A stretch of DNA of 49,882 nt, from IMG/VR virus record IMGVR_UViG_3300045988_133688; one strand, 5' to 3'. Below the pieces are notes generated by a model. The model did not search any database, was not told the DNA's origin, and saw nothing but the letters and a program-made list of their open reading frames with translations. Below, piece by piece: positions 20,029 to 27,187 of this stretch (its first letter is position 1; every line of letters starts with the position of its first letter). The DNA comes from a virus. The position numbers were made by a program, and so were the translations under genes.

Positions 20029-20817
20029 TTACTTTAATAATGCTTCTCTAATTACAATATATGCTTCACGACTTACAGGCACATTAGGAAGAATACCGGT
20101 TTGGAGTTGTTGCTGTTCGGGCAGGTTCAATTGCATTTGACCTTTACCGAATATACGGTCCCAAAGCTTCTCAACTGTTTCTATATTGCCGAGTTTCATA
20201 TCCTCTATGAGGCGTTTAATAACAGTTTTTATTACTACTGGTATTTTCTTGTTATTCATAAGAGCCTGAAGCTGGCTTTCATTACAAGTCAATAAACACG
20301 CCAATAAGTTAGCCGTGTCTTGCTTTGTAAGCTGAACACTTAAGTTTATATTAAGGCTAGTAAGTAGTTTAACAATCTCAGGTCTTGATGCTCCTTGGAG
20401 CTGAAGAAGCTGAGTTGTTTTGCCTGAATATGTACCACCTCTTTGAGCAATCTCAACTGGGTCAAGCGGAGTTATAGTTTGAGCCTCAATTGCTTCAACT
20501 GCTTCAACTCGTTTCTTTTGCTCTGCTACTTTTTGAATTTGAACTGTGGTCGACAGGTCTTCTGCTTCATCCTGTGTCAATCCAAGCTCTTCTGCAAGGC
20601 TCTGTTTCTCTTCAAGCTTTGCTTTTTCGCGTTGTAGGCGGCATTTCTCTATATATTTTATGCGTGCGAGCTCCTTTGCGTCCTTTTTAGCTTTGATGGA
20701 TGCAGCCTCTTTAGCTATAGAAGCTTGAGTTGATGCAGAAGGGCGATTAAGGCTTGGAGCCTGGGTCCTTGTTGGGAGTATAGAGCTAAGCTGCTCTTCT
20801 ATTTTATTCTGTTTCAT
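20029..20817 (-). CDS. terS: Putative terminase small subunit (262 aa)
   Basis: Position upstream of terL. Charged coiled N-terminal half. C-terminal LWDRIFGKG-type segment. Confidence 0.45.
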   Translation of the reverse strand: MKQNKIEEQLSSILPTRTQAPSLNRPSASTQASIAKEAASIKAKKDAKELARIKYIEKCRLQREKAKLEEKQSLAEELGLTQDEAEDLSTTVQIQKVAEQKKRVEAVEAIEAQTITPLDPVEIAQRGGTYSGKTTQLLQLQGASRPEIVKLLTSLNINLSVQLTKQDTANLLACLLTCNESQLQALMNNKKIPVVIKTVIKRLIEDMKLGNIETVEKLWDRIFGKGQMQLNLPEQQQLQTGILPNVPVSREAYIVIREALLK

Positions 20818-20822
20818 ATTCT

Positions 20823-21434
20823 TTATGATTTTCTAAATGCGTCTAAAGGATTTACATAGCACCATTCAAAGCCATAAGCTGTACGTATAGAACCTCTACA
20901 GCATGCAGTAATGTTACTTGACTTTCCATTTATAACTTCTGCAGCTTCTTTTGCTGAGTTAAACATAACAGACTCTCCTGTTTTTCTATCAATTCTATAT
21001 ATTGGTTTGCACAGGCTATAAGATTTCAAGCTTGGGTTTGTTTGAAGCAGATTTTCTATGGTTTTCTTTTCTTCACTACTTTTAGCGCATGAAAGATTTA
21101 TTTGATTGTAACCATAAGGTATATAAGATTTGTTTGCCATTATGGTTTTATATTTTAGAGCAAATAAACGTTCTGGGTCAAAGATATTACTACCTACTAG
21201 TTCTACGGTAATATATTCACTTTCTCGTACGGCCTGGCTTATAGAGCTATTGCCTGTTGGTGAAAAATCATCAAAGGCATTAAGTATAAGTGCAGTAACT
21301 GCACTTATGACTGTTCTATTAAGAACGTGTCCTACATACAGCCTATTATCTTTTTCAAATTCAACAGTAAATACAGCGTATTTAGCATTTACATTGTCAG
21401 GCATATCTACTTTGTAGTTGTCTATGAGTATCAT
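20823..21434 (-). CDS. Homing-endonuclease-like protein (GIY-YIG-like N-terminus, NUMOD1-like C-terminal DNA-binding motif)
   Basis: AVFTVEFEKDNRLYVGHVLNR resembles GIY-x9-YIG-x-R. C-terminal MFNSAKEAAEVINGKSSNITACCRGSIRTAYGFEWCY matches the HEG helix-turn-helix pattern. Confidence 0.5.
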   Translation of the reverse strand: MILIDNYKVDMPDNVNAKYAVFTVEFEKDNRLYVGHVLNRTVISAVTALILNAFDDFSPTGNSSISQAVRESEYITVELVGSNIFDPERLFALKYKTIMANKSYIPYGYNQINLSCAKSSEEKKTIENLLQTNPSLKSYSLCKPIYRIDRKTGESVMFNSAKEAAEVINGKSSNITACCRGSIRTAYGFEWCYVNPLDAFRKS

Positions 21435-21455
21435 ATTTATTGCTTATTTTTATTT

Positions 21456-21470
21456 TGCAAATATACTAAT
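21456..21470 (-). promoter_or_regulatory. Late-operon -7 promoter box (ATTAGTATATTTGCA on the minus strand)
   Basis: About 22 nt upstream of the ATG at 21434. Contains TAnnTTTG. Confidence 0.55.
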
Positions 21471-21536
21471 TATTTCTCAAAGTAAAAAATATAATTGCAA
21501 TAAAAAGTTCATAATTTTTGGGGCAAAAATTTTTAT

Positions 21537-21830
21537 CATTGTTTACGGAAAATTCTTTTGTTTACGCTATAACTTATTGATTTTCAATAACATATCATTT
21601 TTTGGAAACAAAGGAACAAAAGAAACAAAGCCCTATTTAGGTTTATCTTAATCTCTTAAAAACCTATTTATATTAGTATATATTAGCTAATATAAATAAT
21701 AATCTATATTTTATATTTCTTCCTAACGTAATTTTTTATTGTTTATATTGTTTACAAGTGGTCTATTTTATTGAAAATCAATCACTTATGAAGAAACAAT
21801 CAATTGTTTACATTGTTTATTATTGTTTCT
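21537..21830. repeat. Iteron array 1: at least 7 copies of TTGTTTAY/TTGTTTCT, 3 inverted GAAACAA copies, and the palindrome TATATTAGCTAATATA (21679..21694)
   Basis: cattgtttac 21537, ttttgtttac 21556, ggaaacaaaggaacaaaagaaacaaagcc 21604..21632, tattgtttatattgtttac 21737..21755, gaaacaatcaattgtttacattgtttattattgtttct 21793..21830. Confidence 0.85.
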
Positions 21831-21900
21831 AGCCACTTTGCGAGAATGCCTGAAAAGAACGCTTTTGCGATTTTTGACTTGTAGCCACTTTGCGAGAATG
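21830..21900. repeat. Perfect 19-bp direct repeat TAGCCACTTTGCGAGAATG x2 (21830..21848 and 21882..21900)
   Basis: Read directly. Each copy contains GCGAGAAT. Period is 52 bp. Confidence 0.9.
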
Positions 21901-22416
21901 GAGACTTAACTCTCAAAGTTTTTCTGGATATTTGGATGAGTACCAGAATATATAAGGGGGTGCCCCGGTGCCGCACAGCCAGGGGCCTAAATTTTCACAT
22001 TTGTTAACAACCACACTGGCTCATTTCTACGCGTTCTATCGCATTTTGGCTTGGTAGCTGAGTACTTATATGCCTGACTGGCTCAGAGCGCGATACGGAA
22101 TGACTATGGATGCGAGGCATGGTGCCTGAGTGCTTGGTACCACGTTGCTCTCTACCTGAAACCGGCTATCAGCCAGACAGCCAGACGCCAACAAAGTTTA
22201 ACAAACATTTAACACAATATAACATAGCAAAAGTGCCATATCTGAAGAATTTTTATATGGTACTAGCTACCTGCTACCAGCCCATTAAAAAGTGTTAAAA
22301 CAACCAGGCGATTAACACAAATTTAACATGATAATTTTCCTATGTAAAAAGTTTAGCAGGTACCAAAAATAACTGAAAATTTTTATCCAAAAACTTTCAG
22401 GTGTCGGAAATTATAT

Positions 22417-22431
22417 GTATATTTGCATATC
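22417..22431 (+). promoter_or_regulatory. Early-type promoter box TGTATATTTGCATATC
   Basis: Near-identical 15-17-mers at 24592, 25808, 34177 (minus) and 44206 (minus). Contains TAnnTTTG. Confidence 0.55.
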
Positions 22432-22515
22432 AAAATTAAGCTGGAGAGCTTACTAAAGTTACTAACAAATTTTAACGAAAAAAGTTGCTTAAAAACTTTC
22501 TGGTATCAAAATAAA

Positions 22516-22528
22516 TTAGTACTTTAGC
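22516..22528 (+). promoter_or_regulatory. TTAGTACTTTAGC box (variant -7 element), copy 1
   Basis: Identical 13-mer at 27593..27605. Lies about 45 nt upstream of the ATG at 22574. Confidence 0.35.
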
Positions 22529-22573
22529 AGTAGATAAAGAAATAATAAGTATAACAACTAAATAATAGACAGT

Positions 22574-22930
22574 ATGAAAGTAAACCGTAATTATCGTTTC
22601 GTCCTGACAGTTCTGGACAACGAACAGCTCAACGCAGGAGAAATCCGTATCGAGAACGACGCAGTATCTGGCGAGAGAATGTTTGCCAGCGAATGCCACT
22701 ACTATGCCGAGAAAAATATCCTCGAGTGCATTAAGGACGCAGCAAAGCGCGATGACTTGGGCAGCTACTACGCTCATACCTACTGTATCTACAAAGAGGA
22801 CAAACCGAAGAAGGTGGTAACAGAGCGCGAAGAAAACGGCAAAAAAATCACCGAGGAACAGCTCATTGACGGAACTGCAATGCTAGTCGAGGTGATAACT
22901 GTAGACGAAAATGGCGTGAATATCCGCTAA
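22574..22930 (+). CDS. Hypothetical protein (118 aa), first gene of the plus-strand block
   Basis: ORF track. GC-rich coding sequence. Confidence 0.65.
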   Translation: MKVNRNYRFVLTVLDNEQLNAGEIRIENDAVSGERMFASECHYYAEKNILECIKDAAKRDDLGSYYAHTYCIYKEDKPKKVVTEREENGKKITEEQLIDGTAMLVEVITVDENGVNIR

Positions 22931-22939
22931 AAGCGGATA

Positions 22940-22994
22940 GCCCTCTCGGGAGAACTCCCAACAGGAGGCAGCAGTTCGACTCTGCTGGAGGGCG
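22940..22994 (+). ncRNA. Candidate tRNA-like minihelix (7-bp acceptor-like stem, small hairpin, T-arm-like hairpin)
   Basis: GCCCTCT (22940..22946) pairs with GGAGGGC (22987..22993). CAGCAG / TTCGACT loop / CTGCTG at 22969..22987. GGGA-GAAC-TCCC at 22948..22959. Intergenic. Confidence 0.3.
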
Positions 22995-23022
22995 CTAATG
23001 TATAATTAAAACAGTAAACAAT

Positions 23023-23406
23023 ATGGTTAAAACGTATTACCGGAGTGAATACTCCGACAAACAGTGGAAAGCCTTGATTGACAAGGCCGCGGAACTGGGT
23101 TGCCAGGTGACTTATGGCCGATATGGCGACCGTGTCGAAATTGACTCGACAGACCGAGAGAATGCCGTGCTCCAGAGCACCAACAAGAGTGTTGACGACT
23201 GCGCAGCTCGAAGCTTCTGGGCGGAGCATATCCACCAGATGCTGCAGGAGAGCACAGACCTTAGAAGGTGGAAAGTACAGCCCAAGAGATACCGCAAAGG
23301 CTATTGCCCGACTATCTGCAAGAGCCAGAAGTCAGCAGAGCACGAGCAGGAGTGCCTCGAGAGAACAACAGGTTTTGAATGGATAATAACAGTAATACCG
23401 GAGTAA
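23023..23406 (+). CDS. Hypothetical protein (127 aa)
   Basis: ORF track. GC-rich. Confidence 0.65.
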   Translation: MVKTYYRSEYSDKQWKALIDKAAELGCQVTYGRYGDRVEIDSTDRENAVLQSTNKSVDDCAARSFWAEHIHQMLQESTDLRRWKVQPKRYRKGYCPTICKSQKSAEHEQECLERTTGFEWIITVIPE

Positions 23407-23408
23407 TT

Positions 23409-23639
23409 ATGAAGAAAACAGCTTATTTGTACGTTGAAAGAGACGACAGCGAATACGACTACAAAGCCGGATTTGCGAATTATACCGAGGCAAATAACTA
23501 TCGGCAAGAGTGTCAACGCGGTTGGATGAACCATTGCGATTATGTGTATCTTTGGACCGGCTCCGAGAGAATTAACCTCACAAGAATGCCGGAGAACAAG
23601 AGAATTGAATTGCTCAAACAGTTTAACATACCGGAATAA
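23409..23639 (+). CDS. Hypothetical protein (76 aa from the ATG at 23409)
   Basis: Track ORF 23379..23639. The ATG at 23409 follows the upstream stop by 2 nt. Confidence 0.6.
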   Translation: MKKTAYLYVERDDSEYDYKAGFANYTEANNYRQECQRGWMNHCDYVYLWTGSERINLTRMPENKRIELLKQFNIPE

Positions 23640-23640
23640 T

Positions 23641-23862
23641 ATGAGCTGCAAGAGAATTTACAACAGAGTAATGGATGACCGCAGCGGAGTGTGCCCATTG
23701 GGCGAGCTGCTCACCGACAAAGAGCTGGAGCGCATGCGTCTCCACAACTCCAGGAGAGATTGGCCGAATACGGCTAAAGTGACAGTAAAAACAGGAGAAA
23801 TATACTTCAGCTTTGGAGTACGTTTTGCCGAGAGCTATGAATTAATAAAACCGGGAGAATGA
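23641..23862 (+). CDS. Hypothetical protein (73 aa from the ATG at 23641)
   Basis: Track ORF 23542..23862. The ATG at 23641 follows the upstream TAA by 1 nt. Confidence 0.6.
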   Translation: MSCKRIYNRVMDDRSGVCPLGELLTDKELERMRLHNSRRDWPNTAKVTVKTGEIYFSFGVRFAESYELIKPGE

Positions 23863-24065
23863 ACAGCAAGAGAACTTATATTGCCACATTTTGGCGCGGC
23901 AATCCGCAATTAAAGAATGGCGGCTATTATACGACAAAGGAATTTCGAGCCGTGTCGCATAAAGCAGCCGAGAGACAGGCCGAAAGATACACGAAAGGTA
24001 TGGTTTACGGCAGTTTAGACCTCATAAGTGTTGAACTAAAACAAGAGAACAGCGATGGAAAATAA
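23859..24065 (+). CDS. Hypothetical protein (68 aa)
   Basis: ATGA start/stop overlap with the upstream ORF. Confidence 0.6.
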   Translation: MNSKRTYIATFWRGNPQLKNGGYYTTKEFRAVSHKAAERQAERYTKGMVYGSLDLISVELKQENSDGK

Positions 24066-24324
24066 CAGAAGCAAATTTGAGTCACATGGCTATCTTATAA
24101 ATGGCATAGCCGAAAAGCTGGAAATTCAAATCAGCCAGTCAGGAGATGCAGCTCGTTACCAATCCACAATACGGTGGTCTTCAAGAGGCACGGAAGTAAT
24201 TCACGGCCGTTGGCAAGAAATACGCTACTCCAAGAGAAATAACCGCCCGTATATAACAATGTTCGGCAAGAGACTTTATTTAACCAATTTTATGCGTAAT
24301 AATTATGGCACAGAAAGATTTTAG
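24055..24324 (+). CDS. Hypothetical protein (89 aa)
   Basis: 11-nt overlap with the upstream ORF. C-terminal YITMFGKRLYLTNFMR motif. Confidence 0.6.
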   Translation: MENNRSKFESHGYLINGIAEKLEIQISQSGDAARYQSTIRWSSRGTEVIHGRWQEIRYSKRNNRPYITMFGKRLYLTNFMRNNYGTERF

Positions 24325-24532
24325 ATTTGAGTATATGCTGCTTGACCGCCTTCGCTGCGATTGCGAGTATTATCTCGGTTATGGCGGAAAATGCGCAAAA
24401 CAGCTTTGGGCTCATGACGAGCAGAAACAAATCGATAAAATGCGAGAGCTTTACGATTTGTTGCCGATAAAGCCTGAATGGCTTACGAGAGAACAGATTG
24501 ACGAATATGCTGCTCAGATGGGAGCCAAATAA
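24305..24532 (+). CDS. Hypothetical protein (75 aa) with LLDRLRCDCEYYLGYGG...KPEWLTREQIDEY pattern
   Basis: ORF track. Overlap-coupled to the upstream ORF. Confidence 0.6.
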   Translation: MAQKDFRFEYMLLDRLRCDCEYYLGYGGKCAKQLWAHDEQKQIDKMRELYDLLPIKPEWLTREQIDEYAAQMGAK

Positions 24533-24591
24533 TAACCAACATTTTTTAACGAAAAAAGTTCCTGAAGCAGTATTCTAATTCAAAAGAAATA

Positions 24592-24608
24592 TGTATATTT
24601 GTATATCG
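24592..24608 (+). promoter_or_regulatory. Early-type promoter box TGTATATTTGTATATCG
   Basis: Box 22 nt upstream of the ATG at 24630. Preceded by TTAACGAAAAAAGTT (24546..24560), which also occurs at 22472..22486. Confidence 0.55.
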
Positions 24609-24629
24609 AAACTTAAATAATAAACGAAT

Positions 24630-24983
24630 ATGAAAAAAGAATTTGAGTACGCCGCTATTTTTAACGCAAACGACGTAAAAGACGACTTCATCAGCTGCAT
24701 AGCTTCAGTTGTGGAAGAGTGTAATGAAACTGCAATCTTGGTTGAAAGCCGACAGGGCATAGACCGTATCGCTGATGTGCTCAACACATACGAAAGCGGA
24801 AAACCGGAACTGCGCCTGCAGATACATGAGGACGTCGCAAGACAATATAACATCGAGGCTGAAACTACAGAGGCATTGTTTAACGTAGCAGCAATCATAA
24901 GAAACAACACGAGAACCTCATTTGAGGAAAGCCTCAAGATAGTTACAGCTATCACAGAAAACTATAATATATCACACAAATAA
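24630..24983 (+). CDS. Hypothetical protein (117 aa)
   Basis: ORF track. Confidence 0.65.
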   Translation: MKKEFEYAAIFNANDVKDDFISCIASVVEECNETAILVESRQGIDRIADVLNTYESGKPELRLQIHEDVARQYNIEAETTEALFNVAAIIRNNTRTSFEESLKIVTAITENYNISHK

Positions 24984-24992
24984 CTCGCAGAT

Positions 24993-25181
24993 ATGGAACA
25001 GAAAACTTATTACGTAGCAGTTGCCTTTGGCACAATCTTTCAGCCCACAATTGTGGAGAAGTTCGACAACGTGACAGACGCAGAGAGCTATGCAGCTCTT
25101 ATGTGCCGCACGAAGAAAGCACGATACATTGTGCTTGAACAGCAAACAGAGTGGGACGGCACTCCTCAGGAGAATGCATAA
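24993..25181 (+). CDS. Hypothetical protein (62 aa)
   Basis: ORF track. Confidence 0.55.
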   Translation: MEQKTYYVAVAFGTIFQPTIVEKFDNVTDAESYAALMCRTKKARYIVLEQQTEWDGTPQENA

Positions 25182-25270
25182 CCCTTAGCCGCTGCAAGAG
25201 GATTGGCTTTAAGCGCGGAGCGATACCGCCAGCGGCACAAATTCAATAACAATTCAAAATTTACAGCATT

Positions 25271-25483
25271 ATGGTAACAGTAAAATTTTCAACTGACAAG
25301 CTGGACAACGGAACATTTCTTATATTTCCTACTGTCCTGGTAGACAAATCAGAGAAGAAGACAAAAGCGGCTATCGCAATCTGCTTTGCATGGATAAACG
25401 GCTTATTTGAAGTCGGTATCAAGTGGAGCCGCAAGGTAACTAACCAAGAAACAGCTCAGGACAATGGCAGTGAAGAAAAATGA
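25271..25483 (+). CDS. Hypothetical protein (70 aa)
   Basis: ORF track. Preceded by the duplicated leader at 25245..25274. Confidence 0.55.
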   Translation: MVTVKFSTDKLDNGTFLIFPTVLVDKSEKKTKAAIAICFAWINGLFEVGIKWSRKVTNQETAQDNGSEEK

Positions 25484-25730
25484 AATGTTCGTAACAGCCT
25501 ATCGTCTTCAGGTTGAGGCAACTCGAGAGAACTTGAACAGCATGGAGGACTTCGTAGAAGCCATTTCGGATTGCGCTATCGTGTCCAACGAAGAGGGTTA
25601 TGTAGCTATCATAGTAGCGTCTTCGGACGCCTTAGGGACCACGAAATTGGCAAATATGGCACTTAAATTCTTTGGCAAAGAAGGATATTCTATAAGTATG
25701 TTAGGACTCCTGGGGCCGTTTAAGAAATAA
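25464..25730 (+). CDS. Hypothetical protein (88 aa)
   Basis: ORF track. 20-nt overlap with the upstream ORF. Confidence 0.55.
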   Translation: MAVKKNEMFVTAYRLQVEATRENLNSMEDFVEAISDCAIVSNEEGYVAIIVASSDALGTTKLANMALKFFGKEGYSISMLGLLGPFKK

Positions 25731-25807
25731 AGAATTACGGTTGACATTTTTTAACATAGAAACAGATAAAAAAATACTCAAATAATTTTTCTAGTTTGAA
25801 AATAGTT

Positions 25808-25824
25808 TGTATATTTGCATATCG
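25808..25824 (+). promoter_or_regulatory. Early-type promoter box TGTATATTTGCATATCG
   Basis: About 47 nt upstream of the ATG at 25871. Confidence 0.55.
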
Positions 25825-25870
25825 AAATTAAATAAATAACGTTTTAATAACAATTCAAAATTACAGTATT

Positions 25871-27019
25871 ATGGCAACAAATAAATTTGCTCAGATGACA
25901 ACCAAGAAGCTGAACGCCCTCATGGAAACAGCAAGTGACGAAGACAAGAAGGCTATCGAGGCCGTACTCGCAGCCCGTGAACAGGCTCAGGTTCCTAAAG
26001 CCGCCGAGGAGACTGTCGAAGCTCCCGCTGAGGCACCTGCAGCAGAGGAAACTCCGCTTACTCCCGAAGAGGAAGCAGCTATCAAGGCAGCCGAAGAGAA
26101 TGGCGGACTCAACCCGCTCTACAATGGCAGCAAGGCAGCTCAGGAGAAAAAGCCGAAGATGACTGATGAAGAGCGTCACACTTTGGCCGAAGAGCTGAAG
26201 AAAAACATCAATCACCGCTGTCAGGCAGTTCCTTTCAACACCGCAGAATGGGTTGACGGTTACATTGCCGGAGTGATTGAAGAGAAGCGCAGCAACAAAG
26301 TGCTCTACGCAATCAAGACTGACGATGGACGCCGCATCGTTAAGGTGCATGACAGCAATCTCGTTCGTATTTTCGACGAGGTGGTTGAGCCGGAGAAGAA
26401 GGTCCGCACTCGCAAATCAAAAGACGGCGGTGTTGAGAAAGTTGAATGGACACCGGAAGCAATAGCTACTGCCGTAAACGAGGTTATTGGTAACGTCGGC
26501 AAGGCGGTTAAATTCGAGAAGTACCGCACGACTGACCCGGAGACTGGCGAGGAGAAAATCGAGTACAATGAAGGCCGTATCGTGGCTATCGTGCCCGACA
26601 AGCGTGCTCAGCGACTTCTCTATCGCATTTCAGTTCCTGCTCCGATTGAGGGCAATCCGCTGGCGACCAAAATCATGCATAAGGTTGTTACTGCAGACCT
26701 CGAAATTGCTGAGGCATTTGACGCCGAAGGCGAAGAGCTCAACAAAAAGTATTGCGAGCGCCGTGAGGCCGCAGCTACTCGCACCCCGCTCACTCCTCAG
26801 GACCGCTTCGTAAAATGCGAAGAGGCTTTGAAGAAGGCCGAAGAGAAGTTGCAGAAAGCAACTGAAGAGCTGGAAGCTAAAAAGCAGCAGCTCGAGGATG
26901 CTCGCAAGGAGCTGGATGAATGGCTCGCAGGCCAGGGCGCTAGTCCTGTCGAGGCTCCAGCAGAAGAGACAGCCGAAGCTCCCGCTGAGGCAACTGAAGA
27001 GACTGACCCACTTGCATAG
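25871..27019 (+). CDS. Acidic Ala/Glu-rich protein with an internally duplicated small domain and a C-terminal coiled coil (382 aa)
   Basis: GYIAGVIEEKRSNKVLYAI and GRIVAIVPDKRAQRLLYRI are duplicated segments. APAEAP-type acidic tails at both ends. Followed by a strong terminator. Confidence 0.75.
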   Translation: MATNKFAQMTTKKLNALMETASDEDKKAIEAVLAAREQAQVPKAAEETVEAPAEAPAAEETPLTPEEEAAIKAAEENGGLNPLYNGSKAAQEKKPKMTDEERHTLAEELKKNINHRCQAVPFNTAEWVDGYIAGVIEEKRSNKVLYAIKTDDGRRIVKVHDSNLVRIFDEVVEPEKKVRTRKSKDGGVEKVEWTPEAIATAVNEVIGNVGKAVKFEKYRTTDPETGEEKIEYNEGRIVAIVPDKRAQRLLYRISVPAPIEGNPLATKIMHKVVTADLEIAEAFDAEGEELNKKYCERREAAATRTPLTPQDRFVKCEEALKKAEEKLQKATEELEAKKQQLEDARKELDEWLAGQGASPVEAPAEETAEAPAEATEETDPLA

Positions 27020-27044
27020 TCTACAGTTAGTTTCTCCCAACGAA

Positions 27045-27079
27045 GCCGCTCTACCGCTTAATGGTAGAGCGGCTTTTTT
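27045..27079 (+). terminator. Intrinsic terminator
   Basis: GCCGCTCTACC (27045..27055), 7-nt loop, GGTAGAGCGGC (27063..27073), then TTTTTT (27074..27079). Confidence 0.85.
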
Positions 27080-27187
27080 GTATACTTATATTTAACTACG
27101 GCACTGCTTTATGCATAAACAGCCTTAACGCCATTGTCGTCGTGAATGTTAAAATATGTAAACGCTCAGAAACATGCTTCTTTCGCA

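Noticed and set aside
22110-22298. 62-aa ORF inside GC island A
   Set aside because: It has no promoter box or coupling to neighbours and an implausible composition. Its only shared word with island B (PEC, from GCCTGAGTGCT) does not extend into protein similarity. It is kept only as part of the non-coding island finding.
25844-27040. Several 60-170-aa ORFs on the minus strand and in alternative plus frames inside the 382-aa gene
   Set aside because: High GC suppresses stop codons in all frames. The translations are low-complexity (Ser/Leu/Cys/Arg), and the region is fully explained by one plus-strand gene with its own promoter and terminator.
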